IMG/VR virus record: IMGVR_UViG_3300036783_000142
Coordinates: 1-27,199 of that record
Source: a virus
Taxonomy: Duplodnaviria > Caudoviricetes
Length of the DNA: 27,199 bases
Reading direction: 5' to 3' (one strand)
How positions within the stretch are numbered: position 1 is the first letter of the stretch; each line of letters begins with the position of its first letter. Shown here piece by piece: positions 18,008-26,385 of the stretch. The notes under the pieces were generated by a model, which saw only the letters and a list, made by a program, of their open reading frames with translations, was not told the DNA's origin and did no database searches. Position numbers and translations under genes: made by a program.

Positions 18008-18809
18008 GTTTGAATATTCCGTCGCCGATGGTCAGCCGCTGACGCTGTATGAGTTCCGGCTGGGCGACAGCCTGTTCTGGCGTTACAGCAACGCCGACAA
18101 AGATATTGATTTTGCTGGTCAGGTCTGGGAGGCGCAGGCCATCAGCAACAGCGGCCTCAGTTCCGGAAGCGGTGACGGAATGGATATCACCGTCCCGGCC
18201 AGCAATCCGGTGGCGCTGCTGTTTCGTGCCACGCCGCCTTCGCGGGCCGTCAGGGTGCGGGTCATGCGCTGGCACGCAACGGATACCTCCGGCGAGTTTC
18301 GCGTGGTCTGGATCGGGGAAATCAGTAGCGTCAAACGTGAGCAGATTGAATCCTGCAAGCTGATCACCATCAGCCTGGCCAGCACGTTTTCCCGGGTGGG
18401 CCTCCGGCTCACCTTTGGGCGGCAGTGCCCGTATGCATTGTACGACCACAATTGCCGTGTTGATCCGCTCCGGTTCGCGGTCAGTGAAGTAGCGGTCACC
18501 GCTCTGGATGGCTCCTCCATTACGGCAAATCTGCCCGGTGGCCTTGCCAGCGACTGGTTCTCAGGTGGTTACGTTGAGTTTGACCGCAACGGCTATACCG
18601 AGCGGCGCGGCCTGCGGGCTCAGGACGGTAACACGTTGCATCTTTTTGGCGGCACCAGCGGCCTGCAGGTCGGGCAGTCCGTCACCTTGTATCCGGGCTG
18701 CGACCGCACGATTGCGACCTGTGACAGCAAGTTTTCCAACCATCTCAACTACGGTGGCCAGCCGCACATGCCGGGCAAGTCGCCGTACACCATCATCAAA
18801 CTGTTTTAG
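17994..18809 (+). CDS. Tail hub protein, BR0599/gpL-like with Cys cluster
   Basis: C-terminal PGCDRTIATCDSKFSNHLNYGGQPHMP plus CPYALYDHNC; four Cys as in Fe-S binding gpL-like proteins. Start 17991 or 17994. Confidence 0.88.
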   Translation: MSWSEFEYSVADGQPLTLYEFRLGDSLFWRYSNADKDIDFAGQVWEAQAISNSGLSSGSGDGMDITVPASNPVALLFRATPPSRAVRVRVMRWHATDTSGEFRVVWIGEISSVKREQIESCKLITISLASTFSRVGLRLTFGRQCPYALYDHNCRVDPLRFAVSEVAVTALDGSSITANLPGGLASDWFSGGYVEFDRNGYTERRGLRAQDGNTLHLFGGTSGLQVGQSVTLYPGCDRTIATCDSKFSNHLNYGGQPHMPGKSPYTIIKLF

Positions 18810-18818
18810 GGGGTACCT

Positions 18819-19064
18819 GTGGATCCGTTTAGTTGGGCTGCGGTCGCCAAATTTGTTGCCACGCTGGTCGCATCGTATGTGCTGAATGCCGCACTGGCTC
18901 CCAAAGCCAAAAACTCCACGCCGGAAGCGGCCACGGAGGAGGACTGGAATATGCCCATGCCCGATGAGGGCACCCCGCAGTGCGTCTTCTTTGGTGACTG
19001 CTGGACGGCTGACTGGTTCGTCCTCGGGTATGGCAATTATCGCTATCAGGCCATCAAAAAGTAA
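18819..19064 (+). CDS. Small tail assembly protein
   Basis: Hydrophobic N-terminus then P..DEGTPQCVFFGDCW motif, typical after BR0599-like genes. Confidence 0.75.
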   Translation: MDPFSWAAVAKFVATLVASYVLNAALAPKAKNSTPEAATEEDWNMPMPDEGTPQCVFFGDCWTADWFVLGYGNYRYQAIKK

Positions 19065-19074
19065 CGGAGGCGCT

Positions 19075-19278
19075 ATGTGGATCACGATGGAACATATTCG
19101 CGCCGGTGGCGGCTGTGCATGGGGGCTGCGGACCTTCTTTTCCCGCTATAACCTTGACCTGCAGGCGTTCATCCGTGACGGCGGGATTGATTCTGACCAG
19201 CTGGCCGGAACCGGCGACGCGCTGGCGATTCAGATCGTCGAACTGGCGCAACAGACTCAGAAAGAAGCGGGAGCATAA
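19075..19278 (+). CDS. Small phage tail-region protein
   Basis: ATG at 19075 with GGAGG RBS; ITMEHIR...C..GLRTFF..Y.LD...F...GI motif conserved in D3112-like tails. Confidence 0.78.
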   Translation: MWITMEHIRAGGGCAWGLRTFFSRYNLDLQAFIRDGGIDSDQLAGTGDALAIQIVELAQQTQKEAGA

Positions 19279-21987
19279 ATGGGCGGTAAAGGTTCAAAAA
19301 AAGTCACCGTTGGCTATCGCTATTCCTGGGACGTACAGGCGGGGCTGGGGCGCGGCCCGGTAAACGAAATTGTGTCAATCATGGCCGATAAAAAGACGGT
19401 CTTTGCCGGTACTCCGGGGCAGATTTCATCCAGCACCTCGGTATACATCGACAAACCCGGCCTGTTCGGCGGCGATGATACCGGTGGTGAGGGTGGCATA
19501 CAGGGTCAACTGGATATCATGATGGGCGAACCGGATCAGGTGCCACCGGCATCGCTCCTGAAGTTACTGACGGGGCTAGTGCCGGGGTTCCGTGGCGTGG
19601 TGACCACCTTCTTCAGTGGCCTGGTCAGTTGCTACAGCGCCAGCCCCAAACCGTGGTTATACCGCGTTCGCCGTACAACGAAAGGGTGGGACGGTGATGT
19701 CTGGTATCCGGAGAAAGCCACCATCATGCTTGAGAATACCGAGGGCCAGCTGGATGACGAGAGCGATCTGCTGTCGGACCAGATTGTCAATCTGCGGGCC
19801 ATTCATGCCATGAACCCGGCGCACATCCTGGTGGAATGTGCCACTAATCGCGACTGGGGACGTCAGCTGACACTCGCCGATGACCTGAACCTCGACAGTT
19901 ATCGCGTCGCTGCTGATACGTTGTATGAAGAAGGTTTTGGCCTGTGCTTCCGCTATAACCGCCAGGATGGGCTGGATACGTTCGTTCAGCAGGTACTCGA
20001 TCATGTCGGCGCGGTGCAGTATGCCGACCTCGAAACCGGCAAACTGACCCTGAAGCTGCTGCGCGGGGATTACCGTGTCGATGACCTGCCGCTCTTCACC
20101 TACGATAACGGCATAATTGCCGTTCAGGATGATGACAGCGCCAGTACCACGTCGAACCCGAATGAAATTGTCGTGACCTGGAATGACCCCGTCACAAATG
20201 CCGATGGTGAGGTCCGGGCGCAGAACCTCGGGGCGATACAGAATACCGGACTTAACAGCAGTTCGGTCGAGTACAAAGCGATCCCCACACATTCACTTGC
20301 CGCCCGCGTAGCCCAGCGAGACCTGGAGACGGCCCAGTCTGAACTGACCCGTCTGGTCATCCAGTTCGACCGGCGCGGCGGAATTCTGCGCCCGGGTGAT
20401 GTTTTCCGCGTCCGGTTGCCCGACCGTAACATCGACAATATGGTGCTGCGCGTGGGAAAAATAGAGGAAGGTGATACCGGCGTCCTGACGCTGACTGTGG
20501 TTCAGGATGTTTTTGGCCTCCCATCCACCTCTTACAGCTCCGGACAACAGGACAGTGGCTGGACACCGCCGGATAAATCCGCCCGACCTGTCACCATTCA
20601 GCGGTTGATTGAGCTGCCTTATGCAGTTCTGGCCGGGACCGTCAGCGAGGCTGAGCTGAACTATCTGAAACCTGAGTCCGGCTATCCTGGCGTGATGGCC
20701 ATCGCACCAACCTCTCTCAGCATCAACTATCTGCTGCAGACCCGCGCAGCAGGAGCGACGTTCGCCGACCGTGGCCAGGGTGACTGGACACCATCAGGAA
20801 CGCTGACGGCTCCAGTCGGGCGACTCGATACCGTCCTGCATGTCAGTATGGCCATCTTCCCGACCGTTGGTGAAGGTCTGATGATTAATGATGAAATCAT
20901 GCGTGTTGACGCGGTCGACATTCCTGCAGCCACTCTCACCGTCGGACGTGGTTGCATGGACTCCCTGCCGTCAGGGCACTTTGCAGGGGACCGCTGCTGG
21001 GCGTATCAGGATGCGCTGGACTCGGACGGACTGGAATACCTGTCCGGTGAAACGGTGGAGGCACGTTTGCTCACCCGGACCAGCACGGAAACGCTGGTAG
21101 AATCTGCCGCTCCGGTGGCTACGCTGACCATGACCGGGCGTCAGGCCAGACCGTATTTGCCCGGGAAGATTCGCGTGAATGGGGTCCTGTACCCTGAGAC
21201 CGTGGCCACCGCCGATACTTTTACGCTGGCATTTTCCCATCGTGACCGCCTGCTGCAGGCCGACCGCCTGATTGACTGTACCGAAAACAGCATCGGCCCC
21301 GAACCTGGTACAGAGTATGTGGTGAAACTGATTACTCAGAGCACTGGAAGCGAGGTCTGGTCACTGGCCACCAGTGACGCCAGCATCCCGATCCCCTATG
21401 TCATCGGTGGCGATGATGCTGATGTGCATACTCTGACACTGCAGAGCCGCCGTGATGGACTGATGTCGCTTTATATATTCCGGGCGGTACTGCCTTCAGG
21501 TCGTTATAAGGCGTTCCCGATTACCGCCACCCTGTCCCTGACTATTGTTGATGGTAACGACTGGGCCACTGCAACGCCGGAAGATACCGAAACCGGTGCG
21601 GTGCCTGAGCTGCATGTCATTGCCGATGCCGCCGGAATCACCTCCTGGTATCCACCCGACCTGGTGGCCAGCGGTCTTTCTATTCCTGCCGATGATATTG
21701 AATGGCCAGCCGGTACCTGGCCGACGTCGCCGTGGTCGTTTGGCACCCATCCAGTGCTGGCCATCGCGCAGTGGACTGAAACCAGCGGTCCACTGACCGT
21801 GCTGGCACTGGGCGGTGATGCCTCGGCACTGCTGCTGGATTCCGCAACCGGGGAGGCAGCGGATATAGAATGGGATGCCGGTATTTATCTCGCAGAAATC
21901 GATATCACTATTTTCACGACAGATGGTCCCGTTCTGAACGAGGGCATAATCTCCCTGAAACTGACTGAACGGAGTATCGGACCATGA
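19279..21987 (+). CDS. Central tail tip / host specificity protein (gpJ-like)
   Basis: MGGKGSKKVTVGYRY start, MNPAHIL, LYEEGFGL, VGRGCMDS and RARPY-like motifs; 902 aa. Confidence 0.87.
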   Translation: MGGKGSKKVTVGYRYSWDVQAGLGRGPVNEIVSIMADKKTVFAGTPGQISSSTSVYIDKPGLFGGDDTGGEGGIQGQLDIMMGEPDQVPPASLLKLLTGLVPGFRGVVTTFFSGLVSCYSASPKPWLYRVRRTTKGWDGDVWYPEKATIMLENTEGQLDDESDLLSDQIVNLRAIHAMNPAHILVECATNRDWGRQLTLADDLNLDSYRVAADTLYEEGFGLCFRYNRQDGLDTFVQQVLDHVGAVQYADLETGKLTLKLLRGDYRVDDLPLFTYDNGIIAVQDDDSASTTSNPNEIVVTWNDPVTNADGEVRAQNLGAIQNTGLNSSSVEYKAIPTHSLAARVAQRDLETAQSELTRLVIQFDRRGGILRPGDVFRVRLPDRNIDNMVLRVGKIEEGDTGVLTLTVVQDVFGLPSTSYSSGQQDSGWTPPDKSARPVTIQRLIELPYAVLAGTVSEAELNYLKPESGYPGVMAIAPTSLSINYLLQTRAAGATFADRGQGDWTPSGTLTAPVGRLDTVLHVSMAIFPTVGEGLMINDEIMRVDAVDIPAATLTVGRGCMDSLPSGHFAGDRCWAYQDALDSDGLEYLSGETVEARLLTRTSTETLVESAAPVATLTMTGRQARPYLPGKIRVNGVLYPETVATADTFTLAFSHRDRLLQADRLIDCTENSIGPEPGTEYVVKLITQSTGSEVWSLATSDASIPIPYVIGGDDADVHTLTLQSRRDGLMSLYIFRAVLPSGRYKAFPITATLSLTIVDGNDWATATPEDTETGAVPELHVIADAAGITSWYPPDLVASGLSIPADDIEWPAGTWPTSPWSFGTHPVLAIAQWTETSGPLTVLALGGDASALLLDSATGEAADIEWDAGIYLAEIDITIFTTDGPVLNEGIISLKLTERSIGP

Positions 21988-22778
21988 GGGAAAACTATTA
22001 TTATGGTCAGGGTAAGGTGTTCCTGGCTCCGAGAGATAATAAACGCGCATTTCGCTGGGTCGGTGATGTTTCATCATTGGAAATAGCATTTTCGTATGAG
22101 CAACAAATAACGAAGGCATCACGCGGCGGGATGCTTTATCAGGATAAGCGAATTATCACCGGACTCAGTGGTTCTGTCAGTTCAACCTGGCATAATTTCT
22201 CGGTTGAAAATCTGGCTTTGTTGTTAGGTGCCGAAATTATTGATGAGCCTTTTTCATTCAATAAGCAATTCGCTTTACCGGGTGGGATTATTAAAGGGGA
22301 TATTATCGCGCTTCCCCATACCACGGTTTTTAACGTACAGATTAACGGACTGGAGCGCGATACTGATTATGTTGTTGACCGCCAGTTCGGCACGATTGAG
22401 TTTCTTGTCACTCCCGAGTCTGAGGGCCTCATAGCGGCATACGAACACCTGTTCAACCAATGGCTACCGTTTTTCTCTGCGAAAAAACAGGCGTTTTATT
22501 TACGTTTTCAGGGGGTGAACCTTGCCGAAGATTCGGCGCCTGTACTTCTGGAGTTGTACAGGGTCTCTATTGATCCACTGTCTACCCTTGAGATGATTAG
22601 CAGCGGAAATGATATTGCAGGTATGGAAATGACGTCAGTAATTCTTCCTGATTTTAATCAGCATGAACATTCACCATTTAGCTACTTCGGGCGTATACAT
22701 TTAGTCACCCCACAGCCGAATCTGACCTATAACGGACAGGTTAAGTTCGATGGAAAACACCAATACAGAGGTAAGTAA
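21984..22778 (+). CDS. Second tail-tube-like protein (paralog of 11964..12716) with C-terminal extension
   Basis: Colinear similarity with the major tube: YYYGQGKVFLA, RWVGDVSSL, STWHNFSVENLA, TDYVVD..FG.I, LRFQGVNLAE, LELY, FGR. Confidence 0.88.
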   Translation: MRENYYYGQGKVFLAPRDNKRAFRWVGDVSSLEIAFSYEQQITKASRGGMLYQDKRIITGLSGSVSSTWHNFSVENLALLLGAEIIDEPFSFNKQFALPGGIIKGDIIALPHTTVFNVQINGLERDTDYVVDRQFGTIEFLVTPESEGLIAAYEHLFNQWLPFFSAKKQAFYLRFQGVNLAEDSAPVLLELYRVSIDPLSTLEMISSGNDIAGMEMTSVILPDFNQHEHSPFSYFGRIHLVTPQPNLTYNGQVKFDGKHQYRGK

Positions 22779-22779
22779 T

Positions 22780-25281
22780 ATGTCACAAATACAGGAGAGT
22801 TCCGTCTGGGTCGATAGTATTTATCAGTTGTCGACTGAAACACCTGTTCTGGGAAAGGCTGAAAACAGTAACGACGGTGGCCCATCAAATCTCCAGGCGG
22901 AACAACTCGCCAATCGCACCCGTTTCCTATACGACTTGTTAATCATTTTACAGGCTGCAGCTTATACAGCGTCAAAAATGGCTGAAAGTATTCCTGACGG
23001 ATTGAATATCACCAGTGAAGGTGAATTCTTTAAAGTCCCGAATAACACAAAAGAAACGGTTTCATTTGATGTCTATATGAATTTGGGGAACGGGAACTAC
23101 AAATATATAACAAATGAGTTAAGCGGTGATGCTATTGCTGCTTTCCAGTTAATGGGGTTAATCGGTAATGATTTACCTGATGAGTTGGGTTATTCATTTG
23201 TATTGCGTGACAAGATTTCTAAACGAATCGGATTTGGACTGAAAACTAATGGTGAGGTCATCGCACCTCTACTGTCTGTTGCCCGTGACCAGATCAGTAG
23301 CGAACTGGAAGTGCTTTTGCCTGTTGCCCTTCCGGCTTCATCGGGTTATGTCTGGGGGCTTCGGGACAAAAACACAGGGAAATATGCACTGCGTGTAGCC
23401 GTTAATGGAAGTATTGATGCTCCGTTGCTGATTATTGGTAAAGGTGTCATCACTGTAGATAATCTGAACGAATCGTTAAAATCCGCAGTTCTGCCATTCA
23501 CTCAGGATGTGGTCGATGTTATGCCGTCGGCTATTCGGTCATCTGTCGCAGATATCACCACCCGAACAAACGATAAAGATGGTTCAGGATGGTCACAGTT
23601 GGCCCCCCATATTTGCCGGTCGCTTTATGGCATAAATAATACCGGGGTGGACATTGAATACAGGCCTTCGTTCGGACTAAAAATTGCCGGAAAGGCAAAG
23701 GGGAATGCATTTTCCCCGGGGCCAGTACATTCAACCAGTCGCCGGGGCCGATTAACCAGCCCGGTCATTTCAACCCCCACAGGAACGTTTGTGGCGGGAG
23801 ATTATTACAGTTACGAAGCGTATATCACCAATTCTGGTGTTTCAGAAACCACCCCTGGCGTGTGGGAAGGTCAGAACGTATATCTGGGCGATTTGCTGGT
23901 TTATGACGGCTCCGGATGGACAATCCAGCGCTCTCCTGGCTCCGGGGCAGCACGTAAACCCGACACCTGGTATGACGTCACTACTGATGGCGTTTTTGCC
24001 GGAATGTCGCTTAAAACTGGCGATAAGTTACTGTTTCTGACTCTGCAGACAGCCGGTGGTGGTTTTCTGCAGCCACAATTTGCCTCTGTTAATGCCGGAT
24101 CTGACCTGTATTTCTATGGCGGTGAATTTACTCCGGCTAATGGCGTGCCAGAATCAAACCTGAAAAATGTTATTTATCAGGCTGCAGCAGCAGGTACTGT
24201 CGGCACTGACAATTATCTGGCCGGTGATTATGCAATATATGATGGCACCGCCTGGGTACATATTAGTAATAGTGCATCCGTGTCAGTTGTCGCAGGACAA
24301 AGTATCAGTATCCGATGCACAGGTAATGCAGATGAATGGGAATTTCGGCGTGTAGATAAAAATGCGACTTCTGTCGGTATTCGCCTGACGTCGCAGGTTA
24401 GCTCTGCGATGAAAACCGGGCTGGGTAAAAAGTTGTTGCTTATCGGTGATTCGATGTTTGGTAGCGGGACATCGGGAAGCACCATTATTGCCGCCACCAA
24501 CCGCACCGGGGAGGTGCGTTCTTACGGTGGCTCCACATCTGACCAGGTGTTGGGCATGTTCAAGCAGGAGGTTCTCTCCTGGGGAGACCGCTGGGCTGGC
24601 CAGGTAATTGCGGTCTGGCACGGCCAGAACAATCAGCCCAAAACTGATGTGAACGCCTCGCAAATCCGTGAAGCGTCATTGCAGATTGCTGCGCTGGCCG
24701 GAGCGCGCGATATCCGCTGTCTGTTCCTCACTGTGATGGGGCAACGTGAGGCCACCTGGAACGGCGAGCGACTGGTATTTTCCCAGCATGAGAACCAGTT
24801 TTTGAAAACGGGATACCTGCATGAGTTGACAGAGTGGTACCGGCGCATTCTGCCGGGCCGTCATGCCGTGGTGTACGAAATCATGTTGTCTGCGGCGACG
24901 GATGCCATAGACCCGACACATCCGGGCATGACTGAAAAGCAGGTGGCAGAACAGTTTGGAGTATTGCCCTGGTCATTCTTCAACAACTCGGTGCTGCCCG
25001 GCAGCCTGACAACATCAGATATTCACTATGTTGGTACATGGAGTACAACCGGATTACCAACTGGTGGCAGTCATGCCGATTATTACCTTCGGATTGCAGG
25101 TGGCACGGTGGGTAATGTTCTGGTCAATAACGGCGGTACGTGGTCAGAAGTGGCGATTGATATCACCCATATGAGCCAGGCAGGAGGACATGCTCTTGCA
25201 TTTGGAGGGGATGGGTTTGGGGCAGTTCCGGCGCGTGACGGGATTGTCGGTATTTTATCAAATAATCTTTTCTTTAAATAA
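22780..25281 (+). CDS. Tail fibre/spike with SGNH/GDSL hydrolase domain
   Basis: N-terminal fibre anchor (W...IYQL.TETPVLG...G.SN.QA.QLANRT..L); SGNH blocks IGDS (GDS at 24445), GGSTS, GQNN (24622) and DITH (25159). ATG at 22780 with GAGGT RBS. Confidence 0.82.
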   Translation: MSQIQESSVWVDSIYQLSTETPVLGKAENSNDGGPSNLQAEQLANRTRFLYDLLIILQAAAYTASKMAESIPDGLNITSEGEFFKVPNNTKETVSFDVYMNLGNGNYKYITNELSGDAIAAFQLMGLIGNDLPDELGYSFVLRDKISKRIGFGLKTNGEVIAPLLSVARDQISSELEVLLPVALPASSGYVWGLRDKNTGKYALRVAVNGSIDAPLLIIGKGVITVDNLNESLKSAVLPFTQDVVDVMPSAIRSSVADITTRTNDKDGSGWSQLAPHICRSLYGINNTGVDIEYRPSFGLKIAGKAKGNAFSPGPVHSTSRRGRLTSPVISTPTGTFVAGDYYSYEAYITNSGVSETTPGVWEGQNVYLGDLLVYDGSGWTIQRSPGSGAARKPDTWYDVTTDGVFAGMSLKTGDKLLFLTLQTAGGGFLQPQFASVNAGSDLYFYGGEFTPANGVPESNLKNVIYQAAAAGTVGTDNYLAGDYAIYDGTAWVHISNSASVSVVAGQSISIRCTGNADEWEFRRVDKNATSVGIRLTSQVSSAMKTGLGKKLLLIGDSMFGSGTSGSTIIAATNRTGEVRSYGGSTSDQVLGMFKQEVLSWGDRWAGQVIAVWHGQNNQPKTDVNASQIREASLQIAALAGARDIRCLFLTVMGQREATWNGERLVFSQHENQFLKTGYLHELTEWYRRILPGRHAVVYEIMLSAATDAIDPTHPGMTEKQVAEQFGVLPWSFFNNSVLPGSLTTSDIHYVGTWSTTGLPTGGSHADYYLRIAGGTVGNVLVNNGGTWSEVAIDITHMSQAGGHALAFGGDGFGAVPARDGIVGILSNNLFFK

Positions 25282-25292
25282 AGGTGCAAATC

Positions 25293-26129
25293 ATGGGAAG
25301 TGTTTTTGATTTAGTCGGCGCGAATTTTACTGACCCGCGTCTGCCCAAAATTCCTACCTATCCAGGGCTGACCGATGGGTCATTGCTGTTAATTGATGCT
25401 GCTTACATCCCGGCAGATTTTGATTTTTCCACGCTTTTTGCTGTTGCAGGGGTTACGAACCTTGCTCAGGAAGAGGCCAGCGCGTTAACGGGTAAGACCT
25501 ATGACGAGTTAAAAATTAACTGGAATAACACACTGGTGACCACGGGAAGCGCTCCGGAAGCGAAGTACGAACGGACAACCAAAGGCGGTATTCATGGGAT
25601 CGTATCACTTGTGAATCAGGTCGCAGGGCATCGGGGGCGGTTTACCTGTCCGGGCATCATGCCGTACATCGCCGAGCAACAGAATAATCATAAATTTGCC
25701 GTGTTTGCACACTATCATGTAACGCGAGTGGGGAGTGGAACACCTGCAACTCAGGCGACCGAAATGCTGATCGCGTCGCAGACTTCCCCCTCAACAAACC
25801 GCCTGATCGTAGCCCATTTGCCGAACGCAGTATCTTCAGGCCCGTCGCTATTCAGTCTGCAATCGGATAAAAATGGAGATGATTTCACTGGATCTATTTA
25901 CTACCAGGATTTACCGGTGTGGGGCGCGGCGTCGGGGTTTGGTGCGCTTGTGAATAATGCCTGCAAATCCTATGTACTCTACCGTCTTCACTTTGTTGAT
26001 ATTGATGCTTCAGGTATGTCGTTTGCTGAACTTGTTGCGTCTGAACAAGCCCTTTTTGATATGAATTTTGGTACTGGTGGGAAATATGCAGGTGACATAA
26101 TACCTTCATCGCCATCTTCGTTACCGTAA
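25293..26129 (+). CDS. Hypothetical protein, probable partner of the tail spike
   Basis: Long ORF coupled to the spike gene, AAGGT RBS before ATG 25293 (alternative GTG 25284), followed by a terminator. Function not recognised. Confidence 0.75.
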   Translation: MGSVFDLVGANFTDPRLPKIPTYPGLTDGSLLLIDAAYIPADFDFSTLFAVAGVTNLAQEEASALTGKTYDELKINWNNTLVTTGSAPEAKYERTTKGGIHGIVSLVNQVAGHRGRFTCPGIMPYIAEQQNNHKFAVFAHYHVTRVGSGTPATQATEMLIASQTSPSTNRLIVAHLPNAVSSGPSLFSLQSDKNGDDFTGSIYYQDLPVWGAASGFGALVNNACKSYVLYRLHFVDIDASGMSFAELVASEQALFDMNFGTGGKYAGDIIPSSPSSLP

Positions 26130-26134
26130 CAACT

Positions 26135-26158
26135 AATCCCCGCATAGGGGATTTTTTT
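26135..26158 (+). terminator. Rho-independent terminator closing the late operon
   Basis: AATCCCC-GCATA-GGGGATT followed by a T run. Confidence 0.85.
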
Positions 26159-26196
26159 GTAATTCTATTTCTGTATCAGAAACCCAAACATGCTCG

Positions 26197-26240
26197 CATT
26201 TATCGCGCTTTAGCATCGCCATTTATCGCGCCGCGCATCA
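26197..26240 (+). repeat. Prophage right end: two direct repeats (putative transposase-binding sites) and terminal CA
   Basis: CATTTATCGCGC at 26197-26208 and 26220-26231; terminus ...CGCGCATCA at 26240. Confidence 0.8.
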
Positions 26241-26385
26241 CTTTATTGTGAAACGCCAGCGGCGCGTAATCTCCCGGCACGCCAACTCTAAGTTCGCCGC
26301 TTTGTTGAATGCTGTTCATATCACGCGCCTGGGTGCCAAAGGCGACGGCAGCGATGATGAAAGCAATACCTGACTTCAACTTCAT
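26241..26385 (-). pseudogene. 5' fragment of a host periplasmic substrate-binding / cyclohexadienyl dehydratase-like gene interrupted by the prophage
   Basis: MKLKSGIAFIIAAVAFGTQA signal peptide, then IQQSGELRVGVPGDYAPLAF (family 3 SBP N-terminus). The frame runs into the phage end and stops at 26200. Confidence 0.8.

Larger units (their letters stand above)
206..26240 (+). mobile_element. Mu-like (B3/D3112-like) transposable prophage, late region and right end
   Basis: Contiguous Mu-type head genes (gp27/28/29/F/G/I/36-like), a siphovirus tail, and a CA-3' terminus with tandem repeats abutting a truncated host gene. Confidence 0.93.

Noticed and set aside
645-21800. Many antisense and alternate-frame ORFs (e.g. 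2409..3017, 6578..7294, 16949..17788, 19657..20292)
   Set aside because: They lie wholly over well-supported phage genes in GC-rich DNA, have no recognisable motifs and are expected shadow ORFs.
22780-26129. Diversity-generating retroelement or invertible host-range switch
   Set aside because: No reverse transcriptase, no TR/VR nucleotide repeat pair, no invertase or inverted crossover sites seen.
26197-26231. CRISPR-like repeat
   Set aside because: Only two 12-bp copies with an 11-bp gap; better explained as transposase-binding sites.
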